NCBI GenBank assembly: GCA_002633005.1
Contig: NMRA01000149.1
Location: 188,572-252,571 of the forward strand
Direction of reading: 5' to 3'
DNA: 64,000 nt
Source: Phoronis australis
Taxonomy: Eukaryota; Animalia; Phoronida
Below the pieces are notes generated by a model. The model was not told the origin of the DNA. It did not search any database and worked only from the letters and a program-made list of their open reading frames with translations. The stretch's first letter is position 1. Every line of letters begins with the position of its first letter. The position numbers and the translations under genes were made by a program. Of this stretch, positions 25,865 through 38,928 are shown piece after piece.

Positions 25865-26564
25865 GATCAAGGCCGCCTAAGTATTTCAGCATGACTTCGC
25901 AGTGACCCCAGACAGCACTAACGATTGGATAGAGTTTCTTTCCCTTGAGGCCGCGGAAGGCCACACCAAGATATTGTCCATCCACCATGTAACTTAAGGT
26001 TCCCTCGTCCATGTCAAGGATGAGTAAAAACGAGTCCGGCACAACGAAAGATTCGTCAGATGAGAGGAAGGCAGGATATGTGACTCCAGGATTATTGTTT
26101 TTAGTGTCGTGGTACAGCTTATTGCGTCCGAGATCCCAACCCCACGACTCCGTGTTACTTCCGACAAGTGAGGAGTAACCAACACAGTGCAGAGGTGCAT
26201 TGGCTGTGGCCACTCCAATAACAGCATGTGTCCCCCTCTGACGAGTACTCCAGTGGACTTCCCACACATGTAGTCCTCTCACATAACCCTGTTTACCACG
26301 AATACAGTCCGTGCTTTGAGCGACAGGGTGTCTATGTAACGTTAGTTTATCTTCCTCTTTCACGAATATATTCAACGACCGGTCCTCATTATTCCATGTG
26401 TTTTTCTCCTGAACATCTTTAGCTGGTGCTGGCATGTCAAGCAACATGTCGAGCCTCGGAGATTTCTGGAAGTCTGGATTGAAGATGTAATCCCGCTGGA
26501 AGTGTTTCAGAGACGGTTCCCGTGGAGACATAGTCTTAATGCCGCCACTCACTTTCTGACCCAT
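25865..26564 (-). CDS. SPSB1: SPSB1/4 (gustavus) SPRY-domain exon
   Basis: [10 protein letters not shown]...[35 protein letters not shown]...[13 protein letters not shown]...[13 protein letters not shown]...[13 protein letters not shown]...GGLD C|gtaagt; 700 nt. Exon acceptor at 26673-26672; 276 aa in total with the last exon. Confidence 0.97.
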
Positions 26565-29364
26565 TATCATCTGAGCAAGGCGGGTGTGAAGGGGACGGCG
26601 ACGTTCTTCTACACTTCTTGAACGACGGTTGTTGGGTGAATAGGGGCGCAGTCTACTGGAATTCTTTTGTCCTGAAGAACAGAAAATAAATGTATCATGA
26701 TAAGGAAATAAGCCACTCGTTTTTAGAAAATTCACAAACAAAACAAATGAAGCTGATCCTACCTAGTGAATAAAATCCAATGGCAAAATTTCCATAAAAC
26801 CAAAAAACCCTGGAATATGGAAACTGCCTCTAGATCATCCCTAGTCCAGAACAGACTGCACCTTGACACATGTTCATTGACAGCATGAGGTCACTTGTGC
26901 TGACAACAACTTCCTATGCGAAAACCACACACCAAAAACCACAGACCAACCACACTGGTTCAGCAGAGTCATGATAGGAGAGCAATATGGAATTTCATTG
27001 AATCCACTCACCAAAGAGGATAAATTAAATCAAACCATGTTGAAAGACAGGATAAATCTGGACAAACCATATTGAAAAACATGACATTAAGCCTGGTCTT
27101 AACACTGGGAGCAGGGTGAAACTGAGCTTGTCTTTACTGAAAGGAAATAAAAACTAAAACTAACAAAAATTCCCAGCAGATATAAAACGGAAAAACAAGA
27201 AACGAAATTACCAAACGATTAAAGTTCACAATAACAATGCTAGAAAAACAAACTGCGTATACGTTTGTTGAATCATCAGAAAACGTCACTGTTAAAATGA
27301 CCAGGTTTACCCTACAGGTCTAGTGGCAAAATTTCAGAATTCATGCCACAAATAACCACATCTGAGCCATGTGTCCTTCAGGACCTGTTGGAAAACCAAT
27401 CACTCGTAATTAAATGTATGAAAAAAGAGGCCAATGTTGCTTTTAACACTTTCTCCATCGGCTAATGACTTCTCTCAGGTATTCACAGAAACATACAGAT
27501 AGAGCAAGAGAATACCACAAGACAGTGAGTGACCTTTGACTCTTCTAAGAGTTGTTTGTGGCAGTGAACCATGTGATGTACAAAACTGAATAATGTTCAG
27601 GAGATGATGTGGGTAAGGACATCATGTCAACTGAGTCTTATTCAACTGAGATCAAAACAGTAATTTATGATTAGGAAACGCTGAAACATTCATGAACACA
27701 TCCGCTTATAATCGGTATATTGAGTGATGAAAGATGATATTTAGAAGAACAGATAATAAATATGGTTGACATCAAAAACAGCTACGAGGAAAAGACGTGT
27801 GATATACATGAGGGTGAACTGTGCTGTGGGGGTGTACTATTAACAAGGGATACCTGGTTATATAGATGGTATTGTTAGCTTTGAGAAAAACATATGCTTA
27901 AAAACAGTGAAGTTAGAGTTCATTTGCTAAACTGGAGTGAGATGCTTTTACAATCCTTTCTGAAACAGTAAAAAATAAGAATAGCTCATTTTACACCGAG
28001 ACAACAAAAGTAAGAGTTTTACACCAAGTACAAGAACAGTAAACTGACCCAAGCCTAGTATAGTGTTTGTACTTTTCTTCACAATCACTGACCCCATATC
28101 AACCCTATTGTGAGCAACAGCCATAATCAGGCAGAAACAGCTTGTGAGCCAGACAAAGAAATCCATGGAAACAAAGAAGCTGCCATCCACTGAACACAGT
28201 ACATCAAAAAAGAGGAAAATTCAGCTAATGATCACCAGCTGTAACCTAAGCATACTATGACCTAGCCAAACTGGTGGTCCATCCACCAATACACAACCTT
28301 ACCCATTATAAGTCGCATTCTTCTCACCCAGTCATATGTGCTTTCATAGGTGTGGAGAACTGATCTAACTGTGGTTGACAGGAAGTCAACACATGCACTC
28401 ATATACATGGTTAATGAGGGGGAGTTAGGACAGCTCATCCCAGTCTGAGAAAGGGGTGTTTACAACTGATTCATGCCTACGTCATGCGACCTAGTTTAAC
28501 AGCAGGGCAAACACGAGTACAGGTTAACCTACGTCATAGACAGTAAACAAGATACAGTTAGGTGGAAGTGCGCACCCTGGTCACCCCTATGACGACTGCT
28601 TTGTGTTTTGCCTAATTACAGTGATATATGCGTTTCCATGGATCTGACTGAGCGAAATATAAGCACTGGATAAGTCCATTAGGCTTTTCATTTTATATTG
28701 ATACTGAGCAAAATCTATAGCTTTTCAAATCAACTTAGGCACTGGCTATTTTTAGATTCTGTTCATGAATAACACTAGATTTCATAAAAACAAAACCTTC
28801 GTTAATCCATCCATCAAACTCCAGAAAATAATCAAATGGCTAGAGTTCACACTCTGCATGAGTTTTTGTTGTGTCAACAAAATATCAGAATATGTTCATA
28901 AAACTTCTATGACATCATCTACAGATTCTACATTTAAACAGACTTTGGTCTGTAGGTTAGCCTACACAAGACAACAACTGTGTGTGATGAGTTCTCAGTA
29001 AGAAAACAGATGTTCTTGACACCGGTGTAACCAATCAATGTACAAGGTCCTTGATTTTCTTTGTGCCATTTGAACATTGTGATGGAAGTTAACTTGTGAG
29101 AATATTTGATATAATTTGCCAGAAGTAACGTGATATTTAGATGTTTAACTCGTGCACAACATTGACTTTGAGGTCTAGCTGATCACGTCAATCTAAACAC
29201 AAGAATAATAAAAAAAATCAGAAAAATCAAAAAAATTTCAATTGCGTTTCAATAATCCGTATTATAATTTCAATTCTTTACATAATAAATATCGTGTGGT
29301 CAGACCAAAATAGCACAACCCCCTACTCCACCCCTTTCAGCCAACCCAAAGCCCCATGCATAAA

Positions 29365-29834
29365 CGCCCTTTCATACAAAATTTACTCTGGTATGAGCAG
29401 AGCGTGGACATAAACTGCGAAGTTAATTGAATTGTTCATACCAGCTTCAGTAGTTAAAGGCATCAAAGTGAATGGCAGGTGACGCTGTCGTCATCAAAGT
29501 AATCGCAGCGCTGATGCATCCTGTGCGAGGTAAGATTTACTTAGTATAACAATTTGAGAATATTTACATATGATAAGCTAATAAACATAAAACTTATTTC
29601 TAAATCTATTGGTGATTATTCGAACAAAATATAAGCAACTATTAGAGACGAAATTGCCCTTTAAATGTTGATGAAAGCAGTGGCCCCTTTGTTAAGACTG
29701 AAGTTGAAAGTTCACATCGCACTGCAGCGTGGACACTCCACTGTTGAATCCACCCATTTACTGCGAAGTTAATAGGGGCTGTCAACTTCGATCCAGGACC
29801 GAAGTTAACCGTTCATATTGACTGCAACTCCCGA
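29365..29834 (+). mobile_element. Harbinger/PIF-like MITE, copy 1 (right end lost)
   Basis: Begins cgccctttcatac, is collinear with 39032-39441, and has repeated cgaagttaa motifs. Confidence 0.7.
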
Positions 29835-29980
29835 CACCTGGATGTTAATATGAAAGGACCATAAGACAGGCCACACCCCAGTCACACAGAGGGAACTGGA
29901 CAAAATTCACCTGGATGTTAATATGAAAGGACCATAAGACAGGCCAAACCCCAGTCACACACAGGGAACTGGACAAAATT
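29835..29980. repeat. 2 x 73-bp direct tandem duplication
   Basis: cacctggatgttaatatgaaaggaccataagacaggcc...gggaactggacaaaatt at 29835 and 29908. Confidence 0.92.
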
Positions 29981-30542
29981 GATATAATTCCCTCAAGCCA
30001 CATGACCACACAGATTTGACAGTGTGGCATTCCATTTAGTACAGTCACAAAATAATTTGATCAGCTACTTAATTCATACAATGGTGGAAGTGATTCAGTC
30101 TTTGTGATTGACATAGAGTTACTATTTGTAAAATAATCTCCAGACAGCCTACACAACATCCCAAGTCCAAAGAGTTAGTGGAAGTAGGTTGTTGATTTTG
30201 GGAAAACTATAAATAGACGCAGAGCAAGTACAGTCAAGGAATTCCACTCAATGAAAACAAGAGGCACAATGCTGTCTGCACAGTGGACCAGGTACAAGCT
30301 TGGTTGAGGCAAGTGCAATATTGTACCAATAGTTAGCAATCTGACTGGCCATAAACATTAACAGGGGAAAACTAATCTTGACACTGTCTGATCCAAATTT
30401 TGGAATGCCCTGGCTAATGACATCACCTGCCCTGTCAACAGATCTAGAGAGCCAGTATCAACAACTGAGCAATAACCTACTATAAGTACACAGGTGACAG
30501 TCAGGAACACAAATAGTTGTAGAGAGACAAACAAGTACTTTA

Positions 30543-31000
30543 AGGTGGCACCATATCAACAACTCTGTGTACTTGACCAAATATCTACAGGACTATTGAA
30601 TTTAACCATGTAAAATTATGTATTTTTTAAATGTAGAAAGCCTGCAGAATTTGATTTTTGATTTCACATCAACATGTCATTAACTGGATCACCTGACAAC
30701 ATATGCCAATAAAAACTTACCAAAACGAAAGGTACATTCATAGCAAAACAACAGTATCAATAAAATGAACAAATTTTGTTTGATATGACTGTTCAAGTTC
30801 AAGATCATTTTTTGTACAAATCCTGAAAGTCTTGATTTCAATAGTCCTCCCATACCAAAGTGGAAATTTTAAAAATAATTCCTGAAACTGTTTACAAGAA
30901 CAGAGCACAATGCATGTGTAAAAGTTTTGCATAAAATCCAATCAGCCATCTTTGAGAAATGATGTTCTTAAGTTAGGCAAAACTGACCATTTTGTTCAGA
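30543..31000 (-). mobile_element. Kolobok-like non-autonomous element, diverged copy
   Basis: Starts ttaa|gg; ccaaatatctaca...ttgatttttg is the reverse complement of 63490-63580; 30935-30990 matches the host sequence around 61012/61391. Confidence 0.6.
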
Positions 31001-33588
31001 ATGACCTGTCACCTATAACCAGCAATACCAGGTAATGTATTCAGTGAACAGGTGTGGCTTTGCCCTGGCATGAGTGAGTTGACATCACTTATTCTAGGAA
31101 GAGATGTTATGTAACAGGACTTCAAACAAATGAACAGGTTCAGAAGCCCAACAACACCCTTTGTGCTTTTATAAACACTGACTATATGTACACTTAGCAG
31201 CAGATTAGAATGAATTATTTGGTTGAACTTCATACTGTAGCAATCACCATTGTTTAGGACCTAAAGACAGTGTAACAATTACCTTCAAGCCAGGTGCAGT
31301 CTTTTTAAAAAATGACATCACCTATATCTGTCATCACCAGCTTTTCAATCTACTCTTGGCCATTTTCACATGTTTTTCCAATAGCAGGCTGTGGAAAGCA
31401 GAATGAGGATGTTAAGAGAGAATTTTCACATTATCACCAATGAAATGATTCTCAAGGGACAATTTATTATTTCAAAATGCCAGACAACACACATGGAAAG
31501 GACAGTTTATCTACATCAGAGTGTAAACAGTCACATATTAACACAGGGACTGATTACTAACATTAGTTGATTACAAGGTTTAACCACCATCTCAATGATG
31601 TTGACATTGTCTAAGGCGAGATAATACACTGAAGCCACACATCGCTTTTAATGATTAAAACTGCACAAACCTGATGGACTCTGTGAAGATGGGGCTGAAT
31701 TATTGCTGAACTGCCAACACCCAGCGATTGCGGACGACAAGTCAAACATGAAGACGATTTCAGACCGCACAACTCCGGAGATATCACAGAAATGAAAACT
31801 AATCCAGAATGTGTTAGTCAATGTTAGCAAGAAGCACTGTATCCAATAAACAGCTGATTCACCAGAGTGCACAATGAATGTTTTCAATAGACTGAACTGT
31901 TTACCACTACCACACACTATTTTATAGCCAATCAGGTCAGACTATGAGTGCTGCCCAGCCAATCACATCATTGATTATATAACCTAACAGAGGGAGTTCA
32001 CTTACCTTAGACTACACTGTGACCTAAGGGCATATATGAGAGTGGTCATCCCAAATGACCTACACCTGAACTTTGCTCAGCTTGAGAGAGGTCAGTTTGT
32101 GTTATAAAATATACAAAGAGGTTTGCAACCAATCAGAATTGGCTTCAAGTCAGTGTCCAAGGTTAAATAAGGTAGTCCGATACCTTGTGGGAAAATTGAC
32201 ATGCCCTTAACATAGGTCAAACACCCCCAGTTTACTCTCACCTCTCCACTCAGGTGAAATACACTTTATGATAAACAGTGAGTTTTACTAACAACAGCAG
32301 ATAAAGGTCCAATTTAAAAGTACTTCAGAATCAAAAACAGGGTCACTGAGACAAAGTGTGCGTGACTGATGTTCAAATAACATATTAAGGTAAACAAGAT
32401 AGAATTATTTTACAACACAACAGAGCTGACAGCTTTTTACAAAACAACAGCTCCTACTGTGTACTAAGTGGCACTGAGATTTTCAAGTGCTTGAAAGCTT
32501 TGGAGAATCCATAGAGTACGCAATAAGGGTCATTTCAATTCTTGGAATGTGCATAATGACACTGTGACATTAAAGAGGATCTGACAATACATTGACTAAG
32601 ACTTAACATAAATTTATTTAAAGAAAAGATCATAACACACATCTAAGTTGGAAGTGGATGAAGACAACATGAGTATTAAGTGATTGTTGGCATGTAGCCC
32701 AAAAGAGACCAAAATCCATGATTTTTTATATTGTAAGAACATACACTCACTTACTGAACTTTTAATTACTACACTAAAAACTCTAAACAAAATTACTCAT
32801 GCTGTGATTTACCGGTAATGCCTCATTTCAAATTTCAGGAACTGATTTTTGACCTGGGTTCAATACAGCAGTATAAAAACCCACAAAGGGTCATTTCAAC
32901 TAGACCTTAAATAAAGACATGAACTTTTAGAGAGCCAATATAAACAGTGAATCACCAGAAGCATCCTGCTGAGTGCAGGGGTTAACAAGTGCATTTCTTT
33001 ACACTGCATTGCAAGACATGTTTTCTGACAAAACCCAGACAAAATTTCAGGGACAGGAACAAAGACAACCAGAAGGACAACTATGCCTTACATGAATTTC
33101 AAGTTTTCAGTCTAGACTGTAGTGTTCAGGGATGTAATAAGGCAAGTACCCACATACCATTTGATCCTGTCACAGCTGTAACTTTCTTAATAAAATCTCC
33201 CTACCATCAGATGCAATAGGATGGACACATAAAATTTCTTTATTTCATTAATGCTTGGCTACACAATATTTTTGAAAATTGTTGTAACCTCTTAATATTG
33301 AACAATAGCCAATTCCAGCTAAAGGGATTTCACTGAAATGGGTGACTGTAGACACAATGCAGAGATCTAGAAAAGATAGTCTGACAATCAGCCTTGGTTA
33401 ACAGTGGCAAGTCACACATTACATCACACATTCTGTCCACAGTCAAGACTTTTTGATAGGGAAACTTGTGTTGGAATCAATAAAAGTACTTGGTTTTATA
33501 AAAATAACTTTCAGTTGCCAACTTTACTTATAACAGTTCTGAATCAACTTCCACAAATATAACCATCGATGAGAATTCAATTTTAAAA

Positions 33589-33944
33589 GGCCCTTTCATA
33601 CTACCGTCGGCACATCGATGTCTTGGGGAGTTGCAGTCAGTATGAACAGTTTACTTCGGTCTGGATCAAAGTTAACAGCGCCAATTAATTTCGCAGTAAA
33701 CAGGTGGATTTAACAACGAAGCATCAACGCTGCGATGCAGTATGAACAGTTAACAACGGTCCTATTGAAGTTATCGCCAGGTGTCACCGTTATCGTCAAC
33801 AGTTAAAGGGCAGTGTCATTACTAATAGTTACTGATATTTTTCTGGAATAAAGTTTTATGTCAATTAGCACATGTAAATGTTCCTAGTTCGCAATTTACA
33901 TCAACGCTCCACTCAGACCGGAATTAAGTCAGTACGAAAGGGCT
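33589..33944 (-). mobile_element. Harbinger/PIF-like MITE, copy 2
   Basis: TIRs ggccctttcatact / agtacgaaagggct in A/T flanks; the interior is the reverse complement of copies 1 and 4. Confidence 0.8.
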
Positions 33945-34317
33945 TTAAGTTCATTAAATAGTTATCAAACCAAGGCTGCATTGTTGGGTATGCAATATTC
34001 CAACTACAACAAGGTCAATAATTCTCAAGCCAGTCCAGAGAAACATTGTTAAAAATGCTTTTAAAAATGTTGGAGTTTAGATTCACAACACTTGCCAAAC
34101 AGTATGGAAACAACACAAACCAAAACATATCAGTCTTGGTAAATTGGTTTAGACAGGGTTTGTGAATGGATGATGTCAGCAGAACAGTCCAGACTTCCAA
34201 AAGCTAACAGAAAGTAGCAACATCCTGGGGTTAATGGAAAAAACGTCAACTATACTCAGACTGGTTTCTGAAAGTCTGAAATGCTATCAGAGTGAAATAT
34301 TGGGTTCCCAATGCAGT

Positions 34318-34782
34318 GGCCATTTCATACAAACGATGTTTTTGGGACTTGCGGTCAGCATGAACGGTTAACTTTGATCCTGGATTGAAGTTAAGAGCGC
34401 CAGTTTAACTTTGCAGTAAATAGGTGGATTTAACAAAGCGTCAACTTGGTCCCATCGAAGTTATCTCCAGGGGCCACTGTTATCGTCAACAATTAAAGGC
34501 CACAGTCATCACAAATAGAAGCTTATATGTTGATTGAATAATCACCGATCGAATTAGAAATAAATTTTATGTCAATTAGCACACACAAAAGTTCTCATTG
34601 TCACGTTTAAAAAATCTTAGCGTCCACAAAATGCATCAGCGCTACCTTGCGATTTACTTCAATGATAACAGCCTCACCTACCGTTTACTTTGATGTTGTT
34701 AAATACCGAAGCTGGTTCAATTAACGTTGCAGTTTACGTCGATGGTACGCCCATACCAGAGTCAAGTTAGTTTGAAAGGGCC
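34318..34782 (-). mobile_element. Harbinger/PIF-like MITE, copy 3
   Basis: TIRs ggccatttcatac / gtttgaaagggcc; collinear with copy 2. Confidence 0.78.
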
Positions 34783-35745
34783 TATATGACATAAAGGCCC
34801 ATTATCTAACACAATTCAAAAAGTTGCTAAAATAAAATGGAACTGTTTTCATCAATGGGTACCAGAGAACCCACACTCAACACATCTATTTTGGCGGATT
34901 TCTATTATAATGTTTCAGATAAAAATCACCCTAACCTATCTGCTCAGCAAGAATTCAATTTCAGAAGCCTAATGATTCAAAAAGTCACAAGTTATGGTTC
35001 ACAATATATCGATTCATTTTAGCGAGTGTTTTATTGCCATGAGGTCATTGATAATGCAGTAATTGATCTGGGCTTAGCTGCATAAAGCTTCAAAAGTTAT
35101 CCGCTGGATAAGTTTGATTGTTGCATAATGTCAGGTGCATTGTTCAACAATAACAACGTGCCTCGTGATAATGCAATGCCATTGTTGCTAAACGGCGTAT
35201 AACTTTTATGCAACTGGGCCCAGCTCCATAAAAAAGGACCATATTGGAAGCTGTGTTCAGACAAAATACACCCAGTTGTAACTCTTTTCATAGATAGAAA
35301 TGCAATGTAATGGTGCTGCTCACACCAACAGTTAAAACGTGTCATCAATGCAGTTCACCCCAGTTAGTACCTCCGTGTGCCATTGTTTTCACTAAGATTT
35401 GACAGCAGCGCCACCTAATGAGTTCTAACTTTTGCAACTGCTGTGTTCACACCCAGTTACTACAGTTATAACCTCTTGTTTGACTACCCTCACAGAGGGT
35501 AATAACCACGCTCCAGTTACAACTTCTAAAATCGGGTTTAAAGTGTTCAGAATTAGAGTCATATAATCTTAAAATTAGTTTTAGAAGTTACAACCGCTTT
35601 GGTTAGAACAGAGATGCAGATGAACATTCCTGATAAACTGTTACAAGCTTCATGATGACATCAGTTCTATACAAGTCTACACATGAAATACAAGTTGTCG
35701 TGAAAAAAGCTGAGTTTATCATGACCTCCAAATGGTGCTTTCCAT

Positions 35746-36225
35746 TAAGGGAACTTCGGTTTACCGAAACTTTGCCAAACTTGGCTAACCTTTCCGACTA
35801 GACAGCGATATCGAAGTTATCGCTAAGACACCAGACAACAGAGTTCATTCGTATTCTCAAATGAATAGTAATTGGTTCGAGGCTAACTGAAAATCTTCTT
35901 GCCATTTATGAGTGTTTATGAAAAGGATCAGTATCATTCTTCATCAGATATGCTTTCTTTTATTTATTTACGTGTGTCTGTTGAGGGCACGTCGGCTATA
36001 CTACAATAACAAAGAACACGTTTTGCGTGATCGTATATCATTGCAGGGACCTCTACCGATGACTTCAATGAAGCTTCGCTCTGCTTGTTCCCACTAAACC
36101 GAAGTTTCGGTCAATATTGAAGCTTTGCTTTTAAATCCTATTTTCAGCGAAATTTTGCTTGCAGATTAATTACCAAAGTTGACCTTTTCCACTTACCGAA
36201 ACTTTGGTAAAAGTGAAGTTTCGTG
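35746..36225. mobile_element. Possible degenerate MITE with repeated taccgaaactt motifs
   Basis: gaacttcggtttaccgaaactttg at the left, taaaccgaagtttcggt inside, taccgaaactttggtaaaagtgaagtttc at the right. Confidence 0.35.
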
Positions 36226-37789
36226 TCTAAAGTACTTGTGACAATACTCGGTTCATAAAATTCATTTATCCTTGTCTTAAGCATTAATGAAATGTCAGTT
36301 CTTACCAAGTTTTAAGTAAATTTTCTCTGATTTAAGTTAAGAAATCAACCATAATTGTCATATATCAAAAGTTACATTTTTGGCGGAGGTTTTACATCCT
36401 CTTTAAGAACACTTTCATCCATGGCTGGGGTAGGGCATACCATATTAAAAACATGCACATTGCAATAAATACCTGGGAAACCAGAAAAAAGAACATACCA
36501 AAAACATTTCCTGTGACATACCACATTAGCCAACCCCTCCATCACCGAAGGTAGCACCCACACCAAGAGCTCTGCAGGGTATTTTAGCAAACTGACCATT
36601 ACCTACACAAAACCATTTGCCAAACAGAACATTTCTCAGCCATGACTGCATGAAATTGTTTGGTGTATTTTACGCAAACTATGTCCTTCAAAGCTACAGT
36701 AAAACATTCTAAATGCTAATATATGTACCGGGGTATGTGTTCATCTAGAAATTCTGGAGTAAGCCTACAAGTGATACATTAGCACTGAATAAAGTAAAAC
36801 ATATCAAAGGCAATAAACCATTTGTATTCATTGGTCTTCTCATACTACTAATATTTCATTGAGGAACACATTACTTTTCATATAAAATATACCTGAGAGC
36901 ACATCTTATCTTAGTAACCTTACCTCAGCTAATCTTAACAAACTTGACCTGGTCACTTCAGAACATCTACTGCTGAACTCAAGATGGACACATGGGAATC
37001 AGGACAACAAGGTTAGCTGGTCATGACTTGCATGAACCAGACCAGAGGATCATGATAAACTTTAATTAGATGTGGGTCATCACCATTGAAAGATTGGGCC
37101 CATATTGTTAGCAGACAGTCATCTATTGTGTGCCAGTGACAAAGAGGCAGTGTATATTTAAGTAATGTCTGCTGTGAAAACTATTATCTTGACCAAACCA
37201 GTATGTTTACTGGAAGATAATGAGATTTTAACAAGGGAATTAGTCTCTCCCAGCTGCCTGTTTACCTTAATGGAGAATTCATCTGGTCCAATCAGACCAA
37301 GAGGGTGCCTTCAATGAGTGAGCAGTTGGGCCCATTCATTGTAAAGTTACTCACCAACAGGACATGAATTAGACATGTGCAAGATAGAAAAAGCAGGATA
37401 ACAAGATAATGCATGGCTTTAACTTTTGGTACACACAAAACACATGGCAATTACGTGTATTTGCTTGAGGAAAACATGTTTGTGCATATATCAACAGCAG
37501 CATAGCATAAAATTTGGGTTAAGGATATCTCAAAAACTGGCCGTTCTTCGAATATTACACATGTTAGCAAAATAATTTATCTTCATTCTCGGGAACTTCA
37601 AACACAAAATATATACCATGTAGCGAGAAAGAAAATTTTAGCAGAACCACCTTCAACCACGTGGAAATATGTTTACTACTAATATGAGGTCAAAGGTTAA
37701 AGGGCTGTCACTCAAATCGAATCTCCCGCCAGGCACAGGCCAGGCACAGAGCAGCTCCGTATGTAGCCTCACTCTTTTCATTCACCAAG

Positions 37790-38680
37790 AAGCTAAAATA
37801 TTGAGTCAATGAGGTGTACGTTACATATGATAGAAAGATGCCAACGAAAACGAAGACGAAACCAAGTTTTGACCCTGAGGGAGTAGTGCGTCTGTATGCC
37901 TACGGCCGTTGAAAACAAGTGCACCGAGTCCGACTCGCTGTACAGTGCACAGCCTATGTGACTTTGCGTTCACGAACACAGCAAGTAGTGAAAAGAGATG
38001 AATCCTCACCCAAATTCATTAATTTTATTGGTAATTTGACATTTTGCTCTTTCTGTCTTGTGCTTGAGCATTTGGTTTCATATCAGTTTCCCCAACACAT
38101 GGTGTGTATCACAATGAACTGTTGACCTACTTAACAGCTGACCCCGCCTTGACCTAGCTGGGCACATTCACAAAATTAAAACGTTTTAATGACAGTTAAG
38201 GTAATTACGCACTCCAAATTCAGCTCACATTGCAAGTGAATGTTGAAATACCGAAGTAAGTTAAGGCATGCATAGGTTATATTGACCAAAAACAAGTTTT
38301 CACCAAATAACAAATTAAACGATAACCATCAGATTTTGAAGACTCGTGACGTTTTCTGATTTTTCTCAGCTCAGTAAATCGACTTAATTTGAACTCAGAA
38401 ACACGAGTTCTTGCAAACAGCTCAATGAATTTCACAGAAACTTCCATGTTTTAATATTTATTCATCAATCTCAAAAACGCTACAAGGACTATTTTAAAGC
38501 TTAGATTTTGCGTACCGTAAAATAGACGAATATGACTGCCGTTTTCTTACAAAAATACCTCATGTTAGTGTGGTATAGAAAAAAAAACAAATGCTTAATT
38601 GAAAATTCCAAACAGCATTTCTGCGGTAAATTGTGAAGTTTCGATTTAAAAAGGGTTTCATGAAAATCAACCAAGAGATT
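37790..38680 (-). mobile_element. Dispersed ~1-kb repeat, copy 2 (inverted relative to 12450-13430)
   Basis: See copy 1. Confidence 0.75.
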
Positions 38681-38928
38681 ATTTTGCTATCATTACAACA
38701 TCAGTGACAACAATAAACCTTGTGTAGGACATTAGCCCCACAAAGACATTAACTTTTGACACAGCGCAACTGACATGGCACAAGATGATCGGTGTCAAGC
38801 GTCTGTTTACACATATGCACACGCACGCACACACGCACGCACTCACACACCTCAGAAACGGTGGCAAGGCAGAAGTTGTAGGCAGGAATGTGGCCGGAGT
38901 GCCCGTGCGCTAAGTTGCACAGTTCATC

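Noticed and set aside
26672-26741. ORF-track N-terminus of the 321-aa SPSB ORF (and its C-terminal run-on at 25776-25864)
   Set aside because: These parts lie beyond the splice acceptor and donor and are intronic read-through of the frame.
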